Source of the DNA: an uncultured bacterium
GTDB lineage: Bacteria; Auribacterota; Erginobacteria; Erginobacterales; Erginobacteraceae
Direction: 5' to 3'
Length of the DNA: 64,000 nt
Assembly: GCA_963822585.1 (NCBI GenBank)
Contig: CAWGIE010000039.1
Coordinates: 32,001 to 96,000 of the forward strand
The notes under the pieces are model-generated. The model was not told the DNA's origin. It saw only the letters and a program-made list of their open reading frames with translations, and ran no database searches. The translations under genes were made by a program, and so were the position numbers. Below are positions 8,734 through 18,850 of the stretch, one piece after another; the first letter of the stretch is position 1; each line of letters opens with the position of its first letter.

Positions 8734-9951
8734 TTACTGCTTTTTCCTCCATGGCATATCGGGGACAACGGCCGGCTGCCGGAAGAACGAATCACCGATT
8801 GTTTTGAAGATCCCGGGGGTTTTACGCATGGAGTCGTAGGAGAAAAGCATGATCCCCGAAGCGCCGGCGGCGCGGACATCGGAGATCTGCCGGATAAGGG
8901 CATCGGGATTGTTCTCCAGCAGGTACTGCCCGAGGCCGACATAAACCTGCCGCTTCCCGCGGGCCGCGACCGCTCCCCAGGTGAGATACCGGGCCAGGCG
9001 GGAATCCGTCCCATAATTCATCGGGGCGACGAAATCAACCGATCCCTCGTCAAGCCAGCGGCGCCAATCCTGGAACGCGCTCAGATAAGCCCGATCCGCC
9101 CACGCGATCACGGCCACGGAAAAAGCAAGCGAGGGGTTGATTTGACGGGTCAGAGCGTAAGCGGACTCGACGAACGTGTTCACCTGGTGCCGGCGCCAGT
9201 TATCCCAGGCCTGGCAATTGGAGCGGGTGAGTTCCATCGTCAGCGGATCAAGGCCGGTCCATTCCTTGAAGCGCCGCACGCTCTCCTTGCCGTAGCCGAG
9301 ATCGTTCCGGTTCGCCCAGCGGGATCCGGCATAGGGTGAGTTGAAGGGGTAGCGGGTGAAATCCAGGTGGATCCCGTCCAGACCGGGGTATTTCCGGATC
9401 ACTTCCGCGATAATGTGGCGGAGATAGAGCGACACATTCCCGTCACCGGGATCAAGCCAGTAGCCCCCGTCGGGGAGACAATCGGGCTTGTAGTCGAGGA
9501 GGGAAACGCCCTTTCCGTCCCGGGTCACAATATCCCCTCCAAACCTCCGTAAAATCGGCACCTTCCTATCCGCGCCGATACGGAACATATTCAGCCAGGC
9601 ATGGACCTTCAACCCCGCCTGATGCGCCCGGCCGATCAGGTAGGCCAGAGGATCGATCTTCTCTCTCCCGAGGATATCCCGGTAGGGGGTGGTGTCGGCA
9701 TACCGGGAGTTGAACCAGGCCCGGTCGTGCCGGTACACCTGGACAAAGATTTCGTTGAAACCGGCATCAGCCGCCCTCCGGATCATCTCGTCGATTTTAG
9801 CCCGGGTGGAGAGCGTCTCCTGGCTCCCCTCACATTCAACCCAGAGCCCGCGGGCCTCCGGGGAAGGCGATGCCCCCCGGCAGGAAGGCGCCACCCCGAG
9901 ACCGATCGCGATGGAGATAACGACCACGATCCTGTGCAGATTAACATGCAT
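8734..9951 (-). CDS. Secreted glycoside hydrolase-like 10 (YddW/DUF187) family protein
   Basis: Signal peptide; EARGLWV, GFNEIFVQV, DPLAYLIGRAH..GLKVHAW, LDGIHLDFTRYP, QDWRRWL, PMNY. Confidence 0.85.
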   Translation of the reverse strand: MHVNLHRIVVVISIAIGLGVAPSCRGASPSPEARGLWVECEGSQETLSTRAKIDEMIRRAADAGFNEIFVQVYRHDRAWFNSRYADTTPYRDILGREKIDPLAYLIGRAHQAGLKVHAWLNMFRIGADRKVPILRRFGGDIVTRDGKGVSLLDYKPDCLPDGGYWLDPGDGNVSLYLRHIIAEVIRKYPGLDGIHLDFTRYPFNSPYAGSRWANRNDLGYGKESVRRFKEWTGLDPLTMELTRSNCQAWDNWRRHQVNTFVESAYALTRQINPSLAFSVAVIAWADRAYLSAFQDWRRWLDEGSVDFVAPMNYGTDSRLARYLTWGAVAARGKRQVYVGLGQYLLENNPDALIRQISDVRAAGASGIMLFSYDSMRKTPGIFKTIGDSFFRQPAVVPDMPWRKKQ

Positions 9952-10009
9952 AGGTAAATTGCCCGCATTCCCGGGAGGGGATGCCCGGGGCGAAAGTAGT
10001 GGGGCCGGC

Positions 10010-10198
10010 TTAATACGGGACGCCGAAGTTCGGCTGCTGCTCCCAGGATTCCGGTTCCCCCCAGGGGATGGATGACCCCCCCTCGGGGGTGGAGCAGGAG
10101 GAAACGGCGGCAGCGAGGGCGAGCAGGAAAATCGCCAGAAGTATCAAACCCCCGGTTCCCCTCTTCTTATTATTACTGGCGTGACGGTACTGTTTCAT
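10010..10198 (-). CDS. Small putative lipoprotein
   Basis: MKQYR...LILLAIFLLALAAAVSSC lipobox-like signal, then SIPWGEPESWE; start reassigned to ATG 10198. Confidence 0.6.
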   Translation of the reverse strand: MKQYRHASNNKKRGTGGLILLAIFLLALAAAVSSCSTPEGGSSIPWGEPESWEQQPNFGVPY

Positions 10199-10395
10199 GA
10201 GAGCCGATCCCTGATCGGAAAAACAGTATAGTAACCGGATGAGCCATCTCCGGTCAAGCGGAGATAAAGGAGAAAGTGACCTGAAGAAATGAATTATTAT
10301 AAAATTCATTGCGTCAGGTTTGACAAGCCTTATAATTGCCGTCTTTAATAAAATCTTTAACTTAAAGTTAAATTAATATTTTTCGGAGAAAAAAT

Positions 10396-11964
10396 ATGCT
10401 CAAAGGAATGCGTAAAAGCGCCAAGCAGATACTCTGGCCGCTCATTATAGTATTAACTATCGGCATGGGCGGGTACGGCGTCTGGTATCTTGTTCGTCCC
10501 GAGGTTGCCACCTCCAAAGCCGGGGTCATCTGGGGAAAAGAGGTCACGCTGGAAGAATTTTTCCAGACCGCCCGGGCCGCCCGCGCCGTCGCCGCCCTGG
10601 GCGGCACGGAACTTGAAAGGAAACAAATCTACACCGTCGCCTGGCAGCGTATCCTTTTGACGAGAGAGGCGGCGAAGCTGGGGATCACCGCCACCCGCCA
10701 GGAACTGGCGACTTTCCTGGCCCGGTGGCCGATCTTTCAAATCGGGGGGAAGTTTAACCCCGAGAGGTATCAACGGGTCCTCAATTCACTCGGTCTGGAA
10801 GAGGGGGTCTTTGAAGATCAGGTTCAAAATATCCTGGCCCTTGACAAGATGCGCATGATGATTCAGAACCAGGCGCTGGTCTCGGATGCGGAGATCTCCC
10901 AGACCTACCAACGACTGAACGAGAAAATCCGGGTCGAATACGTACAGGTCGCGCAGGATGAGTTTAACAGCCAGACCGAGATCACCGAGTCCGAACTGAA
11001 CGATTATTACCGGCAGAACATGGCCCGGTTCCAGGTTCAAACCCAGGTCGAGATCCAATACATCCTGATCCCCCGCCAGAGATTCGAGGAAGACGTCCAG
11101 GTCACACCGGAGGAGATCGAGGCCCGCTTTCAGGAAAAGCAGGCCTCATTGGCTGAGGAAACCGGACCCGTTCCGAAATTGCCGGACCTTGAAGAAGAGA
11201 TCCGGGGAGAGCTGGTTTATGAGAAGGCGCAGAAAGGCGCCTCCGCGCTGGCTGACACCATCAACCACTTGCTTGACGAGGCAACCTCCCTGGAGGAACC
11301 GGCCAAGGAGTACGATCTCCCGGTGCGGGACAGCGGCTTATTCGCGGCCGATGAAGCCGTTCCGGGGCTGGGAGATGTCCCGGAGATCAATCGGCAGGCA
11401 TTCTCCATGGAAAAAGGTGAGATTGTCAGCTACCCCGTTCCTGTCCCCGATGGGTTCATCTTCTTCCAGATGACCGGGAGCAAGGGCGCTTCAGTTCTCT
11501 CTTTCGATGAGGCCCGCGCGAAGATCGGCGACATTCTCCGCCGCGAGCGGGCCCGACAGGAAGCCATAACCGCGGCCCGGAATGCCCTGACCGAGGTCAG
11601 GAGGCTGATGACGGACGAAGAATACGACTTCGAATCAGCGGTGGAGGAACAGGGGATGAAAACAGTGACTACCCCATTTTTTACCCGGGATGGATCCGAC
11701 GAAATCCCGGCCGCGGCCCAGTTCGTACAGGCGGCTTTTCTGACGGTGCCGGGCCGGGTGAGCGAACTGGTCCCGACTGAAGAAGGTTTTGACTTCCTTA
11801 CGGTTACCGATCGGAAACCGGCCGGACCGATGCCGAAAGACGAGAAGGAGAAATGGGAGACGGCCACCCGCAGATACAAAGCTACTCTGGTCTATGACGC
11901 CTGGTTCAATAACCTGATCCGGGAATCAAAGTTCTCGATTATCAATAAAGATCTGGCCCCCTGA
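10396..11964 (+). CDS. SurA N-terminal / PpiD-like periplasmic folding chaperone
   Basis: N-terminal TM anchor, F...GKFNPERYQ..L, VSDAEI, rotamase-like segments; 522 aa. Confidence 0.8.
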   Translation: MLKGMRKSAKQILWPLIIVLTIGMGGYGVWYLVRPEVATSKAGVIWGKEVTLEEFFQTARAARAVAALGGTELERKQIYTVAWQRILLTREAAKLGITATRQELATFLARWPIFQIGGKFNPERYQRVLNSLGLEEGVFEDQVQNILALDKMRMMIQNQALVSDAEISQTYQRLNEKIRVEYVQVAQDEFNSQTEITESELNDYYRQNMARFQVQTQVEIQYILIPRQRFEEDVQVTPEEIEARFQEKQASLAEETGPVPKLPDLEEEIRGELVYEKAQKGASALADTINHLLDEATSLEEPAKEYDLPVRDSGLFAADEAVPGLGDVPEINRQAFSMEKGEIVSYPVPVPDGFIFFQMTGSKGASVLSFDEARAKIGDILRRERARQEAITAARNALTEVRRLMTDEEYDFESAVEEQGMKTVTTPFFTRDGSDEIPAAAQFVQAAFLTVPGRVSELVPTEEGFDFLTVTDRKPAGPMPKDEKEKWETATRRYKATLVYDAWFNNLIRESKFSIINKDLAP

Positions 11965-12115
11965 TCGGGGGAATTTCGAAATCCGAATTACTAAATCCGA
12001 AAGAAATAAAAAATTTCAAAGCACTAAACAACAGACGACGAGCCGGAAAAGACTATTTTACATTTACTGCTTCGGGATTTCGGGTTTCGACATTCGGATT
12101 TAAGAGCGTACGACT

Positions 12116-13396
12116 TCAGTCGTACGCTCTTTCCGGTTTCGGTTTCCACCTGAGATCGAGATCGGCGTAAATCGGGAAAGCCGCCGTTAATTCCCGCGTC
12201 TCTCCTTTGATCCGGCCGATCGTTTTGTCGTCATCGATCTTTGCCAGCACTTCCCCGATCCAGCGGCCGATCAGTTTCATTTCTTCTTCTTTCATCCCCC
12301 TGGTGGTCACCGCGGGGGTCCCCAGCCGAATGCCGCTGGTCTTGCTGGCGGGGAGGGGGTCGAACGGGATCAGGTTCCGGTTGCAGCAGATACCGGCCCG
12401 GATCATCGCCTCCGCCGCCTGCTTCCCGCTAATGCCTTTGTCCTGAAGATCGACCAGGAGAAGATGGTTGTCCGATCCGCCGGAAACCAGGCGGAACCCC
12501 GCGTTAAGCAGGGTCTCTCCCAGAACCCGGGTGTTACTGAGTATCTGGCGCTGGTATTCTTTGAAGGCCGGCTGATGGGCTTCCTTGAGCGCAACCGCCT
12601 TGGCGGCGATCACGTGCATCAGAGGGCCGCCCTGGATCCCCGGGAAGACACTCCGGTCAATTTGCTTGCCGAACTCCTCCCGGCAAAGGATCATCCCTCC
12701 CCGCGGTCCCCGGAGGGTTTTGTGGTTGGTTACGGTCACGAACTCGGAAACGGGGATGGGATCCGGATGAAGCCCGGCCGCGACGGGGCCCGCAATATGG
12801 GCGATGTCCGCCATCAGGTACGCCCCCACCTGGTCGGCGATTTCCCGGAACCGGTCAAAATGAATCACCCGGGGATAGGCGCTGGCGCCGGCGACGATCA
12901 GGCGCGGGCGATGTTCCCGTGCCAGCCGGGCAGCCAGGTCGTAATCGATCAGCTCGGTATCCGGCTTCACCCCGTAAGAAACGATGTTATAGAGCCGGCC
13001 GGAAAAGTTGATCTTGTGGCCGTGGGTGAGATGGCCGCCGTGGTCGAGATTCATGGCCAGGATAGTGTCGCCCGGCTGGAGAAAGGCGAAGTACACGGCC
13101 ATGTTGGCCTGGCTGCCGGAATGGGGTTGGACATTGGCGTGCTCGGCCCCAAAGAGCCGGCAGGCGCGCTCTATCGCCAGGCTTTCCGCCCGGTCCATCC
13201 ACTCACACCCCCGGTAAAATCTGCGGCCCGGGTAGCCTTCAGCGTATTTGTTGGTGAAGACACTACCGAGCGCGGCAAGAACCGCCGGGCTGGCATAGTT
13301 CTCCGAGGCAATGAGCAGGATCTCCTCCTCCTCCCGCCGCAGCTCGCCGTAGATAGCCTCGGCGATATCCCTGTCAATATTCCACAGGTTCTCCAT
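12116..13396 (-). CDS. glyA: Serine hydroxymethyltransferase
   Basis: [50 protein letters not shown]. Confidence 0.97.
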   Translation of the reverse strand: MENLWNIDRDIAEAIYGELRREEEEILLIASENYASPAVLAALGSVFTNKYAEGYPGRRFYRGCEWMDRAESLAIERACRLFGAEHANVQPHSGSQANMAVYFAFLQPGDTILAMNLDHGGHLTHGHKINFSGRLYNIVSYGVKPDTELIDYDLAARLAREHRPRLIVAGASAYPRVIHFDRFREIADQVGAYLMADIAHIAGPVAAGLHPDPIPVSEFVTVTNHKTLRGPRGGMILCREEFGKQIDRSVFPGIQGGPLMHVIAAKAVALKEAHQPAFKEYQRQILSNTRVLGETLLNAGFRLVSGGSDNHLLLVDLQDKGISGKQAAEAMIRAGICCNRNLIPFDPLPASKTSGIRLGTPAVTTRGMKEEEMKLIGRWIGEVLAKIDDDKTIGRIKGETRELTAAFPIYADLDLRWKPKPERAYD

Positions 13397-13634
13397 TAAA
13401 ATTTTACTCCATAAAATTTTATTGGTTCCGACTGCGTCGGAATTTTTTTAATTAAATCTAAACTGTATCCCTGATTATTCATGGACACTTTAACTTACTG
13501 TGTCGGAATTCCAATTAAAATTAGGCAAAGATGGAACTAATGCCCCCCTGATCTCCAACACCCCATCACTCCAGTACTCCATTACTCCACATTGTTAACC
13601 GGACCTCGCTAAACTAAGAAAAACGCGGCAACAA

Positions 13635-14255
13635 TTATATTTCTGTTGCCACCCGATGGCCCAGGCAGGATTCGATCTCCTCGCGAGTGACCGGTCCTTC
13701 CCGGAGAAGACGCTCCGGTGAAGAGGTAAGATCAAGAACGGTGGAAGCATCGCCCCCCACCTCTCCCCCGTCGATGATCAGATCGACCAGGCCGTCAAAT
13801 TCACGCCGGGCGACAGCCCCGTTCGTGATCGCCGGCTCGCCGCTGATATTGGCGCTAGTGGCTACGAAATCAATCCCGCTGCGGGCAGCCAGGCTGCGTA
13901 CAAAATCATGATCCGGCATCCGGTAACCGCGGGTTGAGCATCCAGACGCCGTGAGGACCACGGTCAGAGGTCCGGGCCAAAATGTTTCCAGTAACCGGAC
14001 ATGCTCAGGTCCGCCCAGGAAACCCCGGATGTCTTCCAGATCCGCGATCAGCCGAACGAGAGGTTTACCGGGTTTTCTCTTCTTTATCCGGAATATCCTC
14101 TCCACCACCCGGGGATTGGAGCCGTCCCCGCCGATGCCGTAAACAGTCTCCGTGGGAAAGATAACCACCCCTCCCCCGGCCACTATCCGGCTGGCTTCAA
14201 ACAACGTCTCCGGTTCTTCCCCTTGATTTTTGAGCTGAATAAAACGCGTGTTCAA
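13635..14255 (-). CDS. tsaC: L-threonylcarbamoyladenylate synthase (YrdC/Sua5)
   Basis: FPTETVYG, IKKRK..KPL, FWPGPLT, TSANISG, STVLD, LLREG; GTG start. Confidence 0.9.
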   Translation of the reverse strand: MNTRFIQLKNQGEEPETLFEASRIVAGGGVVIFPTETVYGIGGDGSNPRVVERIFRIKKRKPGKPLVRLIADLEDIRGFLGGPEHVRLLETFWPGPLTVVLTASGCSTRGYRMPDHDFVRSLAARSGIDFVATSANISGEPAITNGAVARREFDGLVDLIIDGGEVGGDASTVLDLTSSPERLLREGPVTREEIESCLGHRVATEI

Positions 14256-14273
14256 TAACGTTTTTCACTCGTT

Positions 14274-14312
14274 AAATTGCACTCCCCCGATGAAATCGGG
14301 GGAGTGCAATTT
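14274..14312. repeat. Perfect intergenic palindrome (REP-like/possible terminator)
   Basis: AAATTGCACTCCCCCGAT-GAA-ATCGGGGGAGTGCAATTT. Confidence 0.6.
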
Positions 14313-14607
14313 AACGAGAGTAGACCTTCACCGGGCCCGACATCTCTTCCCATTTAAAGGTATAAAACGCGTGCGGGCTGTTGTAATCGAGAACCCTGAG
14401 GTCATTTTGTTCTTCGAGTTCCTGGACAACATCAGGGAAACGGGCTCCATAATGCTCACGACAGAGTTCGACCGGCACCTCAAAAGCCGCGTATTTATCT
14501 ATCCCTTTGGATTTCAATTTCTCCACCAAGCCGGGATCATCCAGCGCGGGATAGGTGACAAGAATCAGGATCGGTCCTGATCCGGTAAAAAAAAGACCTG
14601 CTTTCAT
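14311..14607 (-). CDS. Conserved hypothetical cytosolic protein
   Basis: MKAGLFFTGSGPILIL...KGIDKYAAFEVP...LRVLDYN; GGAGG RBS before ATG 14607. Confidence 0.7.
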   Translation of the reverse strand: MKAGLFFTGSGPILILVTYPALDDPGLVEKLKSKGIDKYAAFEVPVELCREHYGARFPDVVQELEEQNDLRVLDYNSPHAFYTFKWEEMSGPVKVYSR

Positions 14608-14674
14608 AGCATTTCCTCCCATTATAAATTAGCTCGCGCAGTCTACCCCGATAAAATCGGGGCTCGCAAATTTA

Positions 14675-14878
14675 TGTAGGATCGTCCTTCACTCTGTTCA
14701 GGACTTGTAGTAGATGTAGGAAATGTAGTATCGCCTTGCCGGAAGCAAGGCTTGCTGAACCGCAAGCGAAGCGATCCTATAATTCCTACAAAGAATGCCA
14801 AAGGCATTCTGATCCTACAAGCCCTGTCGCAGACCCTGAGCTTGCCGAAGGGAAGCGAAGCGAAAGGACGATACTACA
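14675..14878. mobile_element. ~200 bp MITE/REPIN-like element, copy 1
   Basis: Ends TGTAGGATCGTCCTT...AAGGACGATACTACA; near-identical inverted copy at 35473-35676. Confidence 0.75.
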
Positions 14879-14936
14879 CTATCGGATTTCTCTTTACTTC
14901 AAATTTCGAAACAGCAAGTTCCACACGGAGAAAACA

Positions 14937-15281
14937 TTATTCCTCCACCGGCTTCCGCGGCGTTTCGGCAAGGAATTCTCCATAGATGGAGTAAAAATGA
15001 TTGAAATGGTCCATCTGCTCCGGCTTCAGGTGATTGTTATACTCCTCCGCGGAAAAAATGTAACGGTAAGAATCCACGTACCTGAGCAGAATGTCACGGG
15101 CCCAGGTTATTTTCCGGAACTTCTCGGCAGCGGCCGCCTGTTCCTCCTTGCCGCATCGGTCAGGATGATGCCGGCGGGACAGTTGGCGGTAGGCTTCCCT
15201 GATATCGTCCCGGGTCGCCCGGTCCGGGAGTTCCAATAAATCCCGGGCACGATCGATTACCTCAAATCCGGTCATGGCCAT
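14937..15281 (-). CDS. Small J-domain (DnaJ-like) protein
   Basis: IREAYRQLSRRHHPD..F.KI..A..IL with HPD motif. Confidence 0.85.
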   Translation of the reverse strand: MAMTGFEVIDRARDLLELPDRATRDDIREAYRQLSRRHHPDRCGKEEQAAAAEKFRKITWARDILLRYVDSYRYIFSAEEYNNHLKPEQMDHFNHFYSIYGEFLAETPRKPVEE

Positions 15282-15322
15282 TTATTCTCTTCCCCCTTAC
15301 CCCTTATCCCTTACCCCTAATT

Positions 15323-15532
15323 TTACCACCACGGCCCCCGTTCCCGGTATGTCTCGATGAAGCGCTCGACCGAGCGATCCCCGGTTACTTCGACATCGTC
15401 CGGGAAAAGGCAGCCCGGCAGCTGGCCCATCCTCCAGTGGTATTGGATACATTCGCAGCAGACCCCTTTCCTGCCGCACGGTTCATACGTGCAGTTACAG
15501 AATGATTTATTCCCGTCCGCCTGGCATTCCAT
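15323..15532 (-). CDS. Small Cys-rich protein, DUF6485-like
   Basis: CNCTYEPC.RKG.CCECI.YH....LPGCLF....DRSVERF. Confidence 0.7.
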   Translation of the reverse strand: MECQADGNKSFCNCTYEPCGRKGVCCECIQYHWRMGQLPGCLFPDDVEVTGDRSVERFIETYRERGPWW

Positions 15533-15555
15533 TGTTCATTCCTTCCTCACGGTAT

Positions 15556-16206
15556 TTAACGCGGGCCGAAGATCAGCGTCCCGATCCTGACCATGTTGGA
15601 GCCTTCTTCAATCGCCACCCGGTAGGAATTTGTCATCCCCATCGAGAGCAGCCTCATCTCGGTATTTGGAACGGGATTCTCACGCAGTTTTTCGAAAATG
15701 GCGCGAGTCGCCAGGAAGTACGGACGCGCCTCCTCGGGATCACCGGCCAGGGGTCCCATAGTCATCAGCCCCTGGATGACAAGATTCGGCAGGGTGGAGA
15801 TCCGGCTAACCAGTTCTCCCGTATCTTCCGGCATGACCCCGGCCTTCTGGGGTTCCCGGCCGCTGTTGATCTCGATCAATACCGGCATCACTTTCCCGAT
15901 TCCCGCGCACCGCTTGTCTATCTCCCGGGCCAGATGCAGCGAGTCGACGGTCTGGATCATATCGGCGATCTCTACTATCTTTCTGACCTTATTGGTCTGG
16001 AGATGCCCGATAAAATGCCACTGGGCCTGATCCGGGACGGCTTCATGTATTGCCTGCATTTCCTGCACATAGTTTTCCCCGATCAGGGTTACCCCGGCCC
16101 GGATGGCCTCCGATATCTCCCGGGACGTCCGGGTCTTGGCCGCCGCGACCAGTGAGACCCCTTCCGGGATCTCATCGAGTAATCTTTTCACCCTTTCATA
16201 GATCAT
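15556..16206 (-). CDS. yggS: PLP homeostasis protein, YggS family
   Basis: LVAAAKT, GENYVQE, WHFIGHLQTNK, GLMTM, LSMGMTNSY..AIEEGSNMVRIGT.IFG; start at ATG 16206. Confidence 0.93.
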   Translation of the reverse strand: MIYERVKRLLDEIPEGVSLVAAAKTRTSREISEAIRAGVTLIGENYVQEMQAIHEAVPDQAQWHFIGHLQTNKVRKIVEIADMIQTVDSLHLAREIDKRCAGIGKVMPVLIEINSGREPQKAGVMPEDTGELVSRISTLPNLVIQGLMTMGPLAGDPEEARPYFLATRAIFEKLRENPVPNTEMRLLSMGMTNSYRVAIEEGSNMVRIGTLIFGPR

Positions 16207-16337
16207 AAATCTGCCCGCGCAGTCTACCACGCCTCCGTCCCGAGGTTGTAATCGGGATAAAATCGGGGCTCATAAATATATTTTTGGAACCATGATGATC
16301 GGGAGAATTGAGAGACAGCCATGCCGCGTCAAGAGAT

Positions 16338-17432
16338 CTACCGTGCCGGATATTGATCGAAAAGCCTTCCCCAGGGGGACTCTTTCAGCCAACGGTCGAC
16401 TACCTTCTTCCCCCGCACCGGGTACCAGAAATGGTCGTGATAATATTCGCTGGCGAAAATAAAGAGATTGACCAGAGGGGTCCGGAAAAATAGCTTCTGA
16501 AAAATCCTCAGCGGGCTCCGCCAGAGGAGCATGCCGGTCCCGGTACCCAGGTTGACACCGACTTTAAATCCCCAGCTTTCTTCCGCCAGTTCCGGCATTC
16601 CCACGATTTCGATCTCCCGCGGATCACCCTGGCCGAGACCGCGGGCAGTCGCATGATTGATGTATCGGATTGACATCGGATCGAAGCCCATGATCTTTGC
16701 CGAGACCGCGTCAATGGCGACCTGATCGGCCGAGGCCAGGATGACGTCTTTCTGATAGGGGACCAGTGTTCTCGGCCCGGGCCCGGAACCGGCGGTGGTA
16801 CCGTCCATGGTGCAGAAAATGCCGGGATGGATTTCCCGCTGAATAGCCAGCAGATCGACAATAGTGTCGTGGATCCAGGTGTGGGTATAGTGACGATGGA
16901 CATTGAGAAGCCCCCCGAAGGCATTTTTAAGGGCGCCGGTGGTAACCGTGTACGAGTGAGTTTTTACGGTCGGCAGATGGACGATATTCTTCCCCAGGAA
17001 ATAGTCGGGGAGATAAATACCTTCCGGGAATATCCTGTCCAACACCGCCATCTTCGCCCGGGGGTGATACGGTACCCACTTCATATCTTCGTCTTTGAAG
17101 TTATACTTCACCGGGATGCCGTACTTCGTGAGGATGGGGCCGAATTTGTTATACCGGTCGCCCAGGTCGGCGATGGTGACCACGGTCTTGTTATGAACAT
17201 CAACCAGGTTCTCGAAGCCCGCCCCCTTCAAGGCCAGGATGGTGCCCTCCAGTTGCCAGGGGGTGGTATTAGCCCCCGGAAAAAGCAAATGCCAACTGAT
17301 ATTGTCCTTGAGGATCGTAATTGCCGACGGATCCAGGCTTTCTTTCAGCCCGGCCAGATCGCAGAGGCGGACGTAATCATCCAGAACCGTATCGGGGCGA
17401 GTTCTGATAATGGCAACTTTGGATTTACTCAT
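16338..17432 (-). CDS. DUF362 domain protein
   Basis: LPTVKTH...TTGALKNAFG, DGT..G.GP, D.VAIDA....MGFDP. Confidence 0.8.
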   Translation of the reverse strand: MSKSKVAIIRTRPDTVLDDYVRLCDLAGLKESLDPSAITILKDNISWHLLFPGANTTPWQLEGTILALKGAGFENLVDVHNKTVVTIADLGDRYNKFGPILTKYGIPVKYNFKDEDMKWVPYHPRAKMAVLDRIFPEGIYLPDYFLGKNIVHLPTVKTHSYTVTTGALKNAFGGLLNVHRHYTHTWIHDTIVDLLAIQREIHPGIFCTMDGTTAGSGPGPRTLVPYQKDVILASADQVAIDAVSAKIMGFDPMSIRYINHATARGLGQGDPREIEIVGMPELAEESWGFKVGVNLGTGTGMLLWRSPLRIFQKLFFRTPLVNLFIFASEYYHDHFWYPVRGKKVVDRWLKESPWGRLFDQYPAR

Positions 17433-17523
17433 CTATTCAACTCCCTTTCCCAGGATTTAGTTCCCCTTACACTGCACGTCGCGCCGAAGCCGCTAACCTG
17501 CTGTTTCGGAATTTCAATAAATC

Positions 17524-17575
17524 GGGCCGACACAGCGGTCGGCCCCTACGTAGGGGAGGGCCGCCGTGCCCTCCC
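17524..17575. repeat. Back-to-back GTAG-type REP palindromes
   Basis: GGGCCGACACAGCGGTCGGCCCCTAC followed directly by GTAGGGGAGGGCCGCCGTGCCCTCCC. Confidence 0.6.
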
Positions 17576-17781
17576 TCAGTTGCGAAGCTAAGTTCTAATA
17601 TTAGTCTTCTTTGACCTTGATTATCGTTCAAAATATATATCATTAGCAAGCTTGTTTATTCGCCGATAACTTTATGCTTTTTCTTCACCGGAATAATCAA
17701 CACCCTTCCCCGCCGCTGTTCTTATTAATCCCGCAATCGTTCAAAACTAACCAGGAGCCTGTCCGAGTAACGGTTCCTTGA

Positions 17782-18846
17782 TTATGAGGTCAAAGCGGCA
17801 CAGGCGGCGAATCTTTCCTTGTCGAAGGCCTTCATATAGGCCTCGTGTCCGGTGATCAGCTTCGCCTCAAAAAGCCGGGCGATGGAATCATCCATCGTCT
17901 GCATCCCCTGATCAGCGCCGACCTGTATGATGTTCTTGATCTTGGTGATCGTCCCTTCCCGGATAATGTTCGCCAGCGCCGGAGTGCTGACCAGAAGCTC
18001 CACCGCCACGCAGCGGCCTTTACCGTCGGCGCGCTTGCAGAGGGTCTGGGAACAAACACCCTTCAGCGAGTCCGCCAGCATCGACTTCACCGCCGAGCGC
18101 TGGGCAATAGGGAAAACATCTATGATCCGATCGATGGTCTTCGACGCCGAATTGGTATGGAGAGTCCCGAACACCAATAGCCCCCTTTCCGCCGCGCTGA
18201 TGGCCAGACTGATGGTCTCCAGATCGCGCATCTCCCCCACCAGAATCACGTCAATATCCTGCCGGGGGGCGATACGAAGTCCTTCGGCGAAGGTATTGAC
18301 GTCAATCCCCACCTCTCTCTGGACGATGACCGACCTCTTGATCGGATGAACAAACTCGATCGGCTCTTCGATGGTCAGGATATGCCTGTCCTGATGGCTG
18401 TTGATCAGATCGATCAGGGCCGCCAGGGTGGTGGACTTGCCGCTTCCGGTCGGGCCGGTCACCAACACCAGCCCGTTCTGAAGTTCGACGAAACAGTTCA
18501 CCGCGGGAGGAATCCCCAGCTTATCAAGGGGGATAATCTCACTGGGGATGACCCGGAAGACGGAACCCATCCCCTGGAGAGACTGAAAATAATTGGCCCG
18601 GAATCGGGCCAGATCTTCAAGGGCGTAGGCGAAATCCAGATCGCCGGAGGCGATAAATTTTTCCCAGCGGAGGGGCTCGCAGATCTCCCTCATGTAATCC
18701 TCGATCTCACCCGCGGGAAGCGGGGGGAGTGCGAGCGGCTCGATCCGGCCATGGACGCGGATTTTAGGGGGCTGGCCGGTCGCCAGGTGCAGATCGGAAC
18801 CGGATCGCTCGATCAGGATTTTAAAAAGAGTATCGATCTTGGCCAT
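17782..18846 (-). CDS. pilT: Type IV pilus retraction ATPase PilT
   Basis: SDLHL, GPTGSGKSTT, TIEEPIE, QREVG, ILVGEMRD, GTLHT, GMQTMD; start at ATG 18846. Confidence 0.92.
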   Translation of the reverse strand: MAKIDTLFKILIERSGSDLHLATGQPPKIRVHGRIEPLALPPLPAGEIEDYMREICEPLRWEKFIASGDLDFAYALEDLARFRANYFQSLQGMGSVFRVIPSEIIPLDKLGIPPAVNCFVELQNGLVLVTGPTGSGKSTTLAALIDLINSHQDRHILTIEEPIEFVHPIKRSVIVQREVGIDVNTFAEGLRIAPRQDIDVILVGEMRDLETISLAISAAERGLLVFGTLHTNSASKTIDRIIDVFPIAQRSAVKSMLADSLKGVCSQTLCKRADGKGRCVAVELLVSTPALANIIREGTITKIKNIIQVGADQGMQTMDDSIARLFEAKLITGHEAYMKAFDKERFAACAALTS

Positions 18847-18850
18847 CGGA

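Noticed and set aside
14736..15239. ORFs beginning EARLAEPQAKRSYNSYKEC (also 35355-35651)
   Set aside because: Translations of the duplicated non-coding MITE
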